From an uncultured Chloroflexia bacterium (lineage in GTDB: Bacteria; Chloroflexota; Limnocylindria; Limnocylindrales; CSP1-4): a DNA stretch of 64,000 bases. The translations under genes were made by a program, and so were the position numbers. Of this stretch, positions 1-8,634 are shown piece after piece (positions within the stretch are counted from its first letter, which is position 1; each line of letters opens with the position of its first letter). The DNA is taken from NCBI GenBank assembly GCA_963835335.1, contig CAWIFB010000014.1, forward strand, positions 773 through 64,772, given 5' to 3'. Below the pieces are notes generated by a model, which was not told the origin of the DNA, made no database searches, and was given only the letters and a program-made list of their open reading frames with translations.

Positions 1-1
1 C

Positions 2-433
2 GGCAACCCGGTCGCGCTCGCCGCCCTGCTCGAGACGATCAAGCTGCTCGAGAACGGGCTCATCGCGAACGCCTCGATCCGGGGCCGCGAGATCCAGGAG
101 GGGCTGCGGCCGCTGCTCGATCGCTATCCGTCGCTGGTCAAGGACGTTCGCGGCAAGGGCCTGATGATCGGGATCCAGCTCGACAGCGGCGAGACCGCCG
201 AGGCGGTCCAGATGCAGGCGTTCGACCACGGGCTGCTGGTGCTCGAGGCCGGCGACGACTGCGTGCGCATGTCCCCGGCCCTGGTCGTCACCCAGGCCGA
301 GGCGGCGACGGCGGTCCGGATCTTCAGCGACGCGGTCGCCCACGTCGCGACCCACCGGCCGGAAGACCTGGACGAGGTCGAGCTCGAGGTTCGCCAGGGG
401 CTGGCGACGCCGGGCATCGAAGCCGCGGGCTGA
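2..433 (+). CDS. class-III (omega) aminotransferase, C-terminal fragment (5' end outside window)
   Basis: Open frame from the window edge; translation GNPVALAALLETIKLLENGLIANASIRGREIQEGLRPLLDRYPSLVKDVRGKGLMIGIQLD... is typical of an AT-III C-terminal domain; stop at 431-433, 5 nt before the next gene. Confidence 0.75.
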   Translation, partial: GNPVALAALLETIKLLENGLIANASIRGREIQEGLRPLLDRYPSLVKDVRGKGLMIGIQLDSGETAEAVQMQAFDHGLLVLEAGDDCVRMSPALVVTQAEAATAVRIFSDAVAHVATHRPEDLDEVELEVRQGLATPGIEAAG

Positions 434-438
434 CCGCC

Positions 439-1365
439 GTGCCCGGCAAGGTTGCGTCGATGCGCGACGCCGTCGCGGACATCGTCCGGGACGGGGACAC
501 CGTCGCGATCGAGGGGTTCACGCACCTGATCGGCTTTGCCGCGGGCCACGAGATCATCCGCCAGCGCAAGCGGGACCTGACGCTGGCTCGGATGACGCCG
601 GACCTGATCTACGACCAGATGATCGCAGGCGGCGTGGCTCGCAAGCTGATCTTCAGCTGGCTGGGCAACCCGGGGGTCGGCGGGCTCAACGCCATCCGCC
701 GGCGGATCGAGCCCGCCTCGGTCGGTGACGGGACGCCGCTCGAGATCGAGGAGTACAGCCATTTCGGGATGGTGGCCCGGTACATGGCCGGCGCAGCCAA
801 CCTGCCGTTCATGCCCCTGCGCTCGTACTTCGAGACGGACCTGCCGGCGGCCAACCCGCTGATCCGCCCGATCCGCTCGCCCTATTCGGACGAGACGGTG
901 TACGCGGTGCCGCCGCTCAACCCGGACGTCTCGATCATCCATGCCCAGCGCGCAGACGCCGCGGGCAACACCCAGATCTGGGGCCTGCTGGGCTGCCAGA
1001 AGGAGGCCGCGTTCGCCGCCGACCGCCTGATCGTGGTCGTCGAGGAGCTGGTCGACGAGGCGGTGATCCGCGCGGACCCCAACCGGACGGTGATCCCGGG
1101 CCTGATCGTTGACGCGGTGGTGGTCGAGCCGTACGGCGCCCACCCCTCCTACGTCCAGGGCGCGTACGACCGCGACAACCGGTTCTACCTCGACTGGGAC
1201 CCGATCAGCCGCGACGAGGAGAAGACCCAGGCCTGGCTCCGCGACTGGGTCTACGACCTCGACGGCCGGGCGGCTTACCTCGAGAAGCTGGGCGCCGAGC
1301 GGATCGCGTCGCTCCGGCCGGGGCCGGCGCCGTCGGGGTCCGTCGAGTACGGGGACTACCGGTGA
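439..1365 (+). CDS. CoA-transferase family I, subunit A (glutaconate/3-oxoacid CoA-transferase alpha-like)
   Basis: 308-aa ORF with high GC3; N-terminal glycine-rich region (GFTHLIGFAAGHEI) as in CoA-transferase A subunits; stop overlaps the start of the B subunit (GTGA). Confidence 0.8.
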   Translation: MPGKVASMRDAVADIVRDGDTVAIEGFTHLIGFAAGHEIIRQRKRDLTLARMTPDLIYDQMIAGGVARKLIFSWLGNPGVGGLNAIRRRIEPASVGDGTPLEIEEYSHFGMVARYMAGAANLPFMPLRSYFETDLPAANPLIRPIRSPYSDETVYAVPPLNPDVSIIHAQRADAAGNTQIWGLLGCQKEAAFAADRLIVVVEELVDEAVIRADPNRTVIPGLIVDAVVVEPYGAHPSYVQGAYDRDNRFYLDWDPISRDEEKTQAWLRDWVYDLDGRAAYLEKLGAERIASLRPGPAPSGSVEYGDYR

Positions 1366-2156
1366 GCGGCCAGCCGGCGGCCGCGCCCGCCTTCTCCAAG
1401 TCCGAGATGATGATCGTCGCCGCCGCTCGCGAGCTTGCCGGCCAGCACGTCTGCTTCGTGGGCGTCGGGCTGCCCAACATCGCCGTCAACCTCGCCAAGC
1501 GGACGGTGGCCCCGGACCTGGAGCTCGTGTACGAGGCGGGCGTGTTCGGGGCGCGACCGGCGCGCCTCCCGCTGAGCATCGGCGACCCGACCATCGTGAC
1601 CGGCGCGACCGCGGTGGTCTCGATGTTCGAGCTGTTCGCGTTCTACCTCCAGCGCGGGCTGATCGACGTGGGCTTCCTGGGCGCCGCCCAGATCGACCGG
1701 TTCGGCAACATCAACACCACCGTGATCGGGGACTACGACCGCCCGAAGACGCGCCTGCCCGGCTCCGGCGGCGCGTGCGAGATCGCGATCAACGCCCGCA
1801 ACGTGTTCGTGATCATGCGCCAGTCCGCCCGCTCGTTCGTCGAGCGGATCGACTTCCGGACCTCGCCCGGCAACCTCGGCGGGGCGGAGCAGGCCGAGCG
1901 AATCCGGCGCGCGGGCGGCTGGCACGGGCGCGGTCCGAGCGTCGTCGTCACGGACCTCGGGATCTGGCACTTCGACGACGACGGCGAGATGCGGCTCGAC
2001 TTCCTGCATCCGGGGGCGACGCTGGACGAGGTACGGGCGACCATCGCCTGGGAGCCGCGGATCAGCGCCGACCTCGCGACCACGCCGGACCCGACCGCCG
2101 ACGAGCTGCGGCTGGTCCGGGAGGAGCTGGACCCGGGCGGCGTCTACACGAAGTAG
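1362..2156 (+). CDS. CoA-transferase family I, subunit B
   Basis: 264 aa, GTG start overlapping the upstream stop; typical B-subunit motifs (SGGACEIA, LGGAEQ); translationally coupled to subunit A. Confidence 0.8.
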   Translation: MSGQPAAAPAFSKSEMMIVAAARELAGQHVCFVGVGLPNIAVNLAKRTVAPDLELVYEAGVFGARPARLPLSIGDPTIVTGATAVVSMFELFAFYLQRGLIDVGFLGAAQIDRFGNINTTVIGDYDRPKTRLPGSGGACEIAINARNVFVIMRQSARSFVERIDFRTSPGNLGGAEQAERIRRAGGWHGRGPSVVVTDLGIWHFDDDGEMRLDFLHPGATLDEVRATIAWEPRISADLATTPDPTADELRLVREELDPGGVYTK

Positions 2157-2190
2157 GGGAGCCCGGACCTGCTGCCGGCCTGGTGCGCGG

Positions 2191-2688
2191 CTAGCCCTGG
2201 CCCGGGTCGCCGGGCCGCACCACGAGCACGGGACATCGCGCATTGCGCACGACATGCTCGGACACGCTGCCCAGGAACAGGCGGCCGACGGCGCCGCGCC
2301 CGTGGCTGCCGACGACGACCATGTCGGCGTGCTCCGCCTCGGCCGCGGACACGATCATGTCGCCCGGGTCGCCGTCCCACACCAGGAACGACACCGAGAT
2401 GCCCTCGGTGCGCCCGCGTTCGACCAGCGACTGGGCGATCGCGGCCCGGCGTTCGCGCACCTGGTCGATGCGCGAGTGGAACCGGCCCCCGGGCAGCAGC
2501 AGCGAGCCCGGGTCGATCACGGACACCACGAGCAGCGATGCGCCGAGACGGCCGGCCAGCTCGAAGGCCTGCTCCGTGGCCGCGGACGACGCCTCGCTGA
2601 GGTCGGTCGCGAGCAGCAGCTTCTCGACCTTCGGCGGCCGTGCGGGACCGGCGGCTGCGAAGGTCACGGTCGTCCCATCGGTGCCCAC
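2191..2688 (-). CDS. universal stress protein (UspA family)
   Basis: 165 aa; C-terminal ATP-binding motif VVVGSHGRGAVGRLFLGSVSEHVVRNARCPVLVV. Confidence 0.85.
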   Translation of the reverse strand: MGTDGTTVTFAAAGPARPPKVEKLLLATDLSEASSAATEQAFELAGRLGASLLVVSVIDPGSLLLPGGRFHSRIDQVRERRAAIAQSLVERGRTEGISVSFLVWDGDPGDMIVSAAEAEHADMVVVGSHGRGAVGRLFLGSVSEHVVRNARCPVLVVRPGDPGQG

Positions 2689-2689
2689 G

Positions 2690-3907
2690 TCATCCCGGCG
2701 GCAGGATGGCGAGCGCGGTCACCATGCCGAACATCCCGTCGAGCCCTTCGGCGTGCGGCAGGATGTGGCAGTGGAAGGCCCACACGCCGGGCCGCTGGCA
2801 ATCGATGATCGCGTCCCAGCGCTCGCCGGGATTGACGCCCAGCGTGTCGCAGCTGAAGGCAGCCGAGCCCAGTGGGGCACCGTCGCGGGCGACGACGCGC
2901 ATCCGGAACCCGTGGGTGTGCCACGGGTGCGTCATCGTGCCCTCGTTCATGAACCGGATGAGGACCTTGTCGCCCTGCTTGGCGACGATGGGCGTCGTGG
3001 CCGGGAACCCGTGGCCGTTGATCGTGAACCCACCCAGCGCATCGTTGTGGATGAACACGACCTCCTGGGTGATCCCGTACTTCCTGTCGTAGCGCTCCCT
3101 GGGATCCTTGGGCTCGACGATGAACGCGCCCAGCAGGCCGCGGCCGACCTGGTCGGTCGCGTTGTGGTGCGAGTGATACATGTGCGAGCCGGACGGCGTG
3201 GCCACGAAGTCGTAGGTGAACGTCTCGCCCGGGCCGAACGGGATCTGGTTGACGAACGCGACGCCGTCCTGGCGGAAGTCGACCGGTTCCGTGCCGTGGA
3301 AGTGGATGCTGGTGGTCTCGGCCAGGTTGTTGGTGAACTTGACCTTGACCCGGTCGCCCTCCGTCACCCGCAGGATCGGGCCGGGCCACATCTTGTTGAA
3401 GCCGAGGGCCTTGACCGGCGGGTTGACCGCGTCGATCGGCCACTCCATGTCGTCCACGGTCATCTCGAACACCTTCGCCCCATCGGCGTCGATGGTCGGC
3501 TCCAGGGGCTGGTTGCCCTGGACGACCTTGGTGAACTCCGGGTCGTCCGTCGACGGCGGCAGGATGTTGTCCAGGATCTCGCCCAGGCCCAGCGGGCCGG
3601 ACAGGTTGCCCACGAAGCGCCGGACCTTGGCCTGGGCATTGACGTCATGCTCGGTCCAGCCGGCGGGGAGCGCCGGGGTGGGGGAGGAGGACGGCGACGG
3701 GGCGACCGACGGCGCGGTCGAGGCCGACGGGGTGGCGGCCGCGACGGACGGTGCCGCCGATGCTGCCCCCGGGGCTGCCACGTTGCCGAAGCTCCAGGCC
3801 GGCGTGGTCGCCGCCTGGCAGGCGGCGACGCCGGCCGCCATCAGGCCGCCTCCGGCAAGGCCGGCGACGCGCAGGAAGCCGCGCCGGCTCAATGCGTGCA
3901 TCGCCAT
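2690..3907 (-). CDS. multicopper oxidase, Tat-secreted
   Basis: Listed ORF 2690..4081; the likely start is Met59 (MAMHALSRRGFLRVAGLAGGG, a twin-arginine signal); copper sites HFHG, HSHH, HTHG and HCHILPHAEGLDGM; stop is 2 nt from the USP start. Confidence 0.8.
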   Translation of the reverse strand: MAMHALSRRGFLRVAGLAGGGLMAAGVAACQAATTPAWSFGNVAAPGAASAAPSVAAATPSASTAPSVAPSPSSSPTPALPAGWTEHDVNAQAKVRRFVGNLSGPLGLGEILDNILPPSTDDPEFTKVVQGNQPLEPTIDADGAKVFEMTVDDMEWPIDAVNPPVKALGFNKMWPGPILRVTEGDRVKVKFTNNLAETTSIHFHGTEPVDFRQDGVAFVNQIPFGPGETFTYDFVATPSGSHMYHSHHNATDQVGRGLLGAFIVEPKDPRERYDRKYGITQEVVFIHNDALGGFTINGHGFPATTPIVAKQGDKVLIRFMNEGTMTHPWHTHGFRMRVVARDGAPLGSAAFSCDTLGVNPGERWDAIIDCQRPGVWAFHCHILPHAEGLDGMFGMVTALAILPPG

Positions 3908-4087
3908 CTCGACGGGGTCGCGGGCGGGATCCTCCGGCAGGGCTGCGGAGGTCGGGACGTCGGTGGGTTCCACGGGCACTGGGTCTCCGGTGCGGGGGGG
4001 ACGGGTGGTCTGCGAATGGTCCCGGGGGCAGCATGGTGCTGCGAAGGGACGAATGGCCCGAAGGGCGGGGACCGCCGGCACGCGGGC

Positions 4088-5731
4088 ATGAGCGAGGCTG
4101 ATAGGCTCACGCCGATGACCACGCGATCAAGCGGCAGCTCCGGGTCGCCCGTCCGGAGTGCATCGGTGGATGAGAACCTCCCGCTGGTGCGGGCGCTCGA
4201 GGCGCTCGAGGGGTGGCAGCGCGATCCGTCGAGCGAGCACAGGACCGCCGTCGCCGGCGCGCTCCACGGGATCCTCGAGCTCGCCAGCGCGCGCGGTGCG
4301 GTGCTCGAGATCTGCGCGCCGCCGCTGCCGACCCTGGAGGTCGGCGCGGGGACGCTGGCCGCGCTGCCGTCCCCGGAGGATCGCGCCGGGCTGGCGATGT
4401 ACCCCCTCGGCTCGCACGAGGGTCACGACCTGCTCGGGCGGCTGTTCCTCGATGCGCCCGACGGCTCCGCGGATACCGTGGTCCGGATCATCGAGCTCGC
4501 GGTCGACGCGGCCTGGTCTCGCGCCGAGGTTCACGCTCGGGCGGAGCGGCTCGCGGCGCTCGAGGCCGCCACTCGCGCGGTGGCCGCCGAGCTGGACATC
4601 GACCGCGTGCTCCAGCTCATCGTCGACCGTGTCCGCGACCTGATCGGCGCCCGCTACGCCGCGCTGGGCATCGCCGACGGCCGCGGCCGGATCGAGCGGT
4701 TCATCACCAGCGGGATCACCGCCGAGGAGCGCGCCGCGATCGGCGACGTCCCCCGGGGTCACGGCCTGCTGGGGCTCATCATCCGCGAGGGCCAGACGGT
4801 CAGGGCCGCGGACATGAGCACCCATCCGGCGCGCTACGGCTTCCCGCCGCACCACCCGGTGATGACCTCGTTCCTGGGCGCTCCGGTGACGGTCAAGGGA
4901 CGCTCGGTGGGCAACCTGTACCTCACCGACAAGGCCGGCGGCGAGCCGTTCAGCGAGGACGACGCGCGCCTGGTCGAGATGTTCGGCGTGCACGCGGGCA
5001 TCGCGATCGAGAACGCCCGGCTCCACGACCAGGTCCAGCGGCTCGCGATCGTCGAGGAGCGCGAGCGGATCGGGAAGGACCTCCACGACGGGATCATCCA
5101 GAGCATCTATGCCGTCGGGCTGTCGCTCGAGGACGTGCCCGAGCTGGTCGAGGACGAGGGCGGGCGGGCCGACGCGATCGCCCGGATCGACCGCGCGATC
5201 GATGCCCTCAACCTCGTGATCAACGAGATCCGCTCGTACATCCTGCGGCTGCGGTCGGCGACGGGTGCCGACGAGGATCCCGTGGAGGCACTGGCCCGGC
5301 TGGGCGAGGAGTTCACGCTCCACGCGGTCGTCGACCTGGAGGTCGATCTGGAGGGAGGCGCCGAGGCGATGCGACGGCTGCCGCCGGATCGCGCGTCCGA
5401 CCTGCTGCTCATCGCCCGGGAGGCGCTGTCCAACGTGGCCCGGCACGCGAGCGCGAGCCGGGCCGCCCTCGTGCTCGCCCGGGACGGCGGCGAGCTGGTC
5501 CTCGTCGTCGACGACAACGGCCGGGGGTTCGACCCGCTCGCCGTGGCCGGACCGGACGCGCTCGGGCGCCACCAGGGGCTCACCAACATGCGGGATCGAG
5601 CCGTCGGGATGGGGGGCACGTTCGCGATCGAGCGCCCGGACGGGCCCGGCACGCGTATCATCGTGCGAGTGCCGGCGTCGTCGGACGCCGCGTCCGGGGA
5701 CCGCCGTTCCCCCGGCACCGAGGAAGAGTGA
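4088..5731 (+). CDS. sensor histidine kinase, GAF-GAF-HisKA_3-HATPase (DevS/DosS-like architecture)
   Basis: C-terminal 548 aa of listed ORF 2243..5731; in-frame ATG at 4088 (alternative 4115); two GAF-like segments, H-box ERERIGKDLHDGIIQ (HisKA_3), and an ATPase domain (VVDDNGRGFDP, GLTNMRDRAVGMGG); upstream part of the listed ORF is antisense to the oxidase. Confidence 0.75.
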   Translation: MSEADRLTPMTTRSSGSSGSPVRSASVDENLPLVRALEALEGWQRDPSSEHRTAVAGALHGILELASARGAVLEICAPPLPTLEVGAGTLAALPSPEDRAGLAMYPLGSHEGHDLLGRLFLDAPDGSADTVVRIIELAVDAAWSRAEVHARAERLAALEAATRAVAAELDIDRVLQLIVDRVRDLIGARYAALGIADGRGRIERFITSGITAEERAAIGDVPRGHGLLGLIIREGQTVRAADMSTHPARYGFPPHHPVMTSFLGAPVTVKGRSVGNLYLTDKAGGEPFSEDDARLVEMFGVHAGIAIENARLHDQVQRLAIVEERERIGKDLHDGIIQSIYAVGLSLEDVPELVEDEGGRADAIARIDRAIDALNLVINEIRSYILRLRSATGADEDPVEALARLGEEFTLHAVVDLEVDLEGGAEAMRRLPPDRASDLLLIAREALSNVARHASASRAALVLARDGGELVLVVDDNGRGFDPLAVAGPDALGRHQGLTNMRDRAVGMGGTFAIERPDGPGTRIIVRVPASSDAASGDRRSPGTEEE

Positions 5732-5733
5732 CA

Positions 5734-6405
5734 GTGACCGACCCCAACTCGCGTCCCCTGCGACTCCTCGTGGTCGATGACCACGAGGTCGTCCGCCAGG
5801 GCCTCGTCGCGCTCCTGGATCGCCGTGAGGGCTTCCAGGTCGTGGCCGAGGCCGGAACCGCCGCCGAATCGATCGAGCAGGCCCGTCGTTTCCAGCCCGA
5901 CATCGTGGTCATGGACGTCCGGCTGCCCGATGGATCCGGGATCGAGGCGTGCCGCGAGATCCGGGCCGAGCTGCCGGCCACGCGGGTGGTGATGCTCACC
6001 TCGTACCCGGACGAGGAAGCGGTCCTGTCCGCGATCGTCGCCGGCGCCTCGGGCTACCTGCTCAAGCAGATCCGCGCGCGGGACCTCGTGGCCGCGCTGG
6101 AATCGGTCGGACGCGGCGAATCGCTGCTCGACCCCGCGGTCACGGAGAAGGTCCTCGAGCGCGTCCGCCGCATCGCGACCGGCGCCTACACGGACGAGAT
6201 GGCGCAGCTCACCGCGCAGGAGCAGCGGATCCTGCTCCTCGTCGCCGAAGGCAAGACGAACAAGGAGATCGCGGCCGAGGTGTTCCTGTCCGACAAGACG
6301 GTCAAGAACTACGTCAGCTCGATCCTCTCGAAGCTGAACCTCGAGCGGCGAGCGCAGGCGGCCGCGTTCGTGGCCAAGCACCGCCTGGACCGCGGCGGCG
6401 GGTAG
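5734..6405 (+). CDS. NarL/LuxR-family response regulator (DevR/DosR-like partner)
   Basis: GTG start 2 nt after the kinase stop; receiver LRLLVVDDHEVVRQGL...IVVMDVRLPDGSG with a LuxR HTH (KTNKEIAAEVFLSDKTVKNYVSSILSKL). Confidence 0.85.
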   Translation: MTDPNSRPLRLLVVDDHEVVRQGLVALLDRREGFQVVAEAGTAAESIEQARRFQPDIVVMDVRLPDGSGIEACREIRAELPATRVVMLTSYPDEEAVLSAIVAGASGYLLKQIRARDLVAALESVGRGESLLDPAVTEKVLERVRRIATGAYTDEMAQLTAQEQRILLLVAEGKTNKEIAAEVFLSDKTVKNYVSSILSKLNLERRAQAAAFVAKHRLDRGGG

Positions 6406-6462
6406 GACCCGCCGGCAGCGCGCGACACCGGACGCGAGCCGCCCGCCGGCCAGGCGATCGAC

Positions 6463-6810
6463 GTGATGGAAGACGACCTCGTCGGCTGGGGTCGCGTGCT
6501 CCGGATCGAGACGCGCGGACGCGTGTCCGGCCGGCCGGCGCGAGCCGTCGTCGGCTACGTGGAACGGCCCGACGGGACGCTGGTGGTCGCAGCCGGCTCC
6601 CCGGACGCGGACTGGGCACGCAACCTGTGGTCCGACCCGGCCTGCCGGATCACGATCGGCGAGGACGCGTTCGACGCGCAGGCGCGGGAGCTCGACGGCG
6701 CCGAGCACCAGGCCGCGGTTCGTGACCTGATCCTGCGCTACGGGACGCCATCCGAGTCGCTGGGCGCCGGGCCGGCCTTCGAGCTCAGGCGGACGCCGGG
6801 TCCCGCCTGA
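6463..6810 (+). CDS. deazaflavin(F420)-dependent nitroreductase-family protein (DUF385)
   Basis: 115 aa; ETRGRVSGRPARAVVGYVERPDGTLVVAAGSPDADWARNLWSDPACRITIG matches the TxGRxxGxPR...AAxxG...DWxxNL pattern of Ddn-like enzymes. Confidence 0.6.
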   Translation: MMEDDLVGWGRVLRIETRGRVSGRPARAVVGYVERPDGTLVVAAGSPDADWARNLWSDPACRITIGEDAFDAQARELDGAEHQAAVRDLILRYGTPSESLGAGPAFELRRTPGPA

Positions 6811-6938
6811 TCGGCGTCGAGCCCGTCGGACCGCCCCGCCTGCACCCCGCGCGGCACGCCGCCGCAGGGTCCACCGGACCCGCGGACCATGCCATCCGGC
6901 CGGACGTTCCGGCACGACCTTCACCCTATGCTCGCGGC

Positions 6939-8213
6939 ATGCGTATCGTCTCGCCCGAAGAAGCCGTTGCGGGGATCCGGTCCCGCGATCAGATCTACCT
7001 CCAGTGCGCGGCCGCCACGCCATCCGTCCTGCTCGATGCGCTGGTCGCCCGCGCGCCGGAGCTCGAGGCGGTGTCGATCGCCCACCTCCACTGCGAAGGA
7101 CCCGGGCCGCATCTCGCCCCCGAGATGGCGCCCCACTTCCGCCATCGGGCCCTGTTCATCGGCCCCAACGCACGCAAGGCCGTCAACGAGGGCCGCGCGG
7201 ACTTCGTGCCCGTGTTCCTGTCCGACGTCCCCGAGCTGTTCCGGAGCCGCGCGCTGCCGCTCGATGCCGTGTTCGTGAACGCGACGCCGCCCGACCTGCA
7301 CGGGTTCTGCTCGCTGGGCGTGTCCGTCGAGGCGATGCACGCCGCGATCGACGCCGCACGGACCGTCATCGTCCAGTTCAACTCCGCGATGCCGCGCACG
7401 CTGGGCGAGTCGTTCATCCACGTCAGCCAGATCGATCTCGCGGTCGAGGTCGACCAGCCGCCGTACGAGGTCGCGCGTCCCGTGATCGGCGAGCTGGAGC
7501 GGCGGATCGGGGCGTTCATCGCGGACCTCGTCCCCGACGGCGCGACGCTCCAGCTCGGGATCGGGGCGATCCCGGCGGCCACTGCCGAGCTGCTCACGGA
7601 CAAGAAGGACCTGGGCATCCACACCGAGATGTTCACCGACGCCGTGGTCGACCTCGTCGAGGCCGGCGTCGTGACCGGTGACCGCAAGGCGCGCAACCGG
7701 GGCAAGCTCGTGGTCGCGTTCGTGATGGGGACGCGACGGCTGTACGACTTCGTCAACGACAACCCGATGGTCGAGATGCGGTCGGTGGACTTCACCAACG
7801 ACACGCACGTCATCCGCTCGTTCGACAACATGATCGCGATCAACTCTGCGATCGAGGTCGACCTGTCCGGGCAGGTGGTGGCCGACTCGATCGGCTACCG
7901 GATGTACTCGGGCATCGGTGGGCAGATGGACTTCATGCGTGGCGCTGCGCTCGCCCGGGGCGGGCGGCCGATCATCGCGATGCCATCCACCGGCGGCAGC
8001 GACGGCTCGCTGTCGAGGATCACCCCGGCGCTCAAGGAAGGGGCAGGGGTCGTCACGACGCGCGCCCATGTCCAGACGGTCGTGACCGAGTTTGGCGTCG
8101 CCGAGCTGTGGGGGCGGAGCCTCCGCGAGCGGGCACAGGCGCTGATCGCGATCGCCCACCCGGACCATCGCGACCGGCTCACGTTCGAGGCCCGCAAGCA
8201 CCTGGAGCTGTAG
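6939..8213 (+). CDS. acetyl-CoA hydrolase/transferase family protein (4-hydroxybutyrate/succinyl-CoA:acetate CoA-transferase-like)
   Basis: 424 aa; GIGGQMDFMRGA and FTEMFTD-like motifs of the Cat1/Ach1 family. Confidence 0.8.
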   Translation: MRIVSPEEAVAGIRSRDQIYLQCAAATPSVLLDALVARAPELEAVSIAHLHCEGPGPHLAPEMAPHFRHRALFIGPNARKAVNEGRADFVPVFLSDVPELFRSRALPLDAVFVNATPPDLHGFCSLGVSVEAMHAAIDAARTVIVQFNSAMPRTLGESFIHVSQIDLAVEVDQPPYEVARPVIGELERRIGAFIADLVPDGATLQLGIGAIPAATAELLTDKKDLGIHTEMFTDAVVDLVEAGVVTGDRKARNRGKLVVAFVMGTRRLYDFVNDNPMVEMRSVDFTNDTHVIRSFDNMIAINSAIEVDLSGQVVADSIGYRMYSGIGGQMDFMRGAALARGGRPIIAMPSTGGSDGSLSRITPALKEGAGVVTTRAHVQTVVTEFGVAELWGRSLRERAQALIAIAHPDHRDRLTFEARKHLEL

Positions 8214-8634
8214 CGCGCGCGATCGGCGCTGCGTTCCCGGCTCCTCTCCGGTCCCCCCTCGTCGGCCGCATGCCGGCTCGTCGGCGGACGCCGTCCTCAT
8301 CGCCCGACGCCGTCGTCGCCGCTCCGAACCGGCCGGATCCCCGCGCAAAACAAAGCCCCCGCCGCAGGGCGAGGGCAAAGTTTCGGGTGGGTGCCGGGCG
8401 TCCCCTCCGGCACCCACCTCACCCGCAGTCTCGTTGAGCCGATGTGCACGCGTGAGTGCCGATCGGACCGCGTTGACGGGACCAGCGGCACTCCGTCGTG
8501 GGGCGCCACGGCCGGGGACCGGGGCATCGCCCGTGGGTCATGCTGGACGGACGCGGAGGTAGGCCCCGCCGCATTCGCCTGCTGGCCCGACGGTCCGGCG
8601 CGAGCGCCGTCACGCCCCTCCCTCGAGGTCGACC

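Noticed and set aside
124-2194. Long ORFs 124..1143(-), 1109..2194(+), 1205..1594(-), 1356..2255(-) overlapping the CoA-transferase genes
   Set aside because: They are antisense or out of frame to well-conserved CoA-transferase A/B. Their Arg/Ala/Pro-rich low-complexity translations are typical GC-driven artefacts
2243-4087. 5' two-thirds of the 1162-aa ORF 2243..5731, and ORFs 2254..2808, 2640..3092, 2664..3443
   Set aside because: They are antisense to the USP and multicopper oxidase. Only the part from 4088 onward encodes the sensor kinase
4127-7023. ORFs 4127..5572(-), 4213..6405(+ fused frame) and 5107..7023(-)
   Set aside because: They are antisense or alternative-frame to the kinase, regulator and DUF385 genes. 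The 4213 frame only becomes real at GTG 5734
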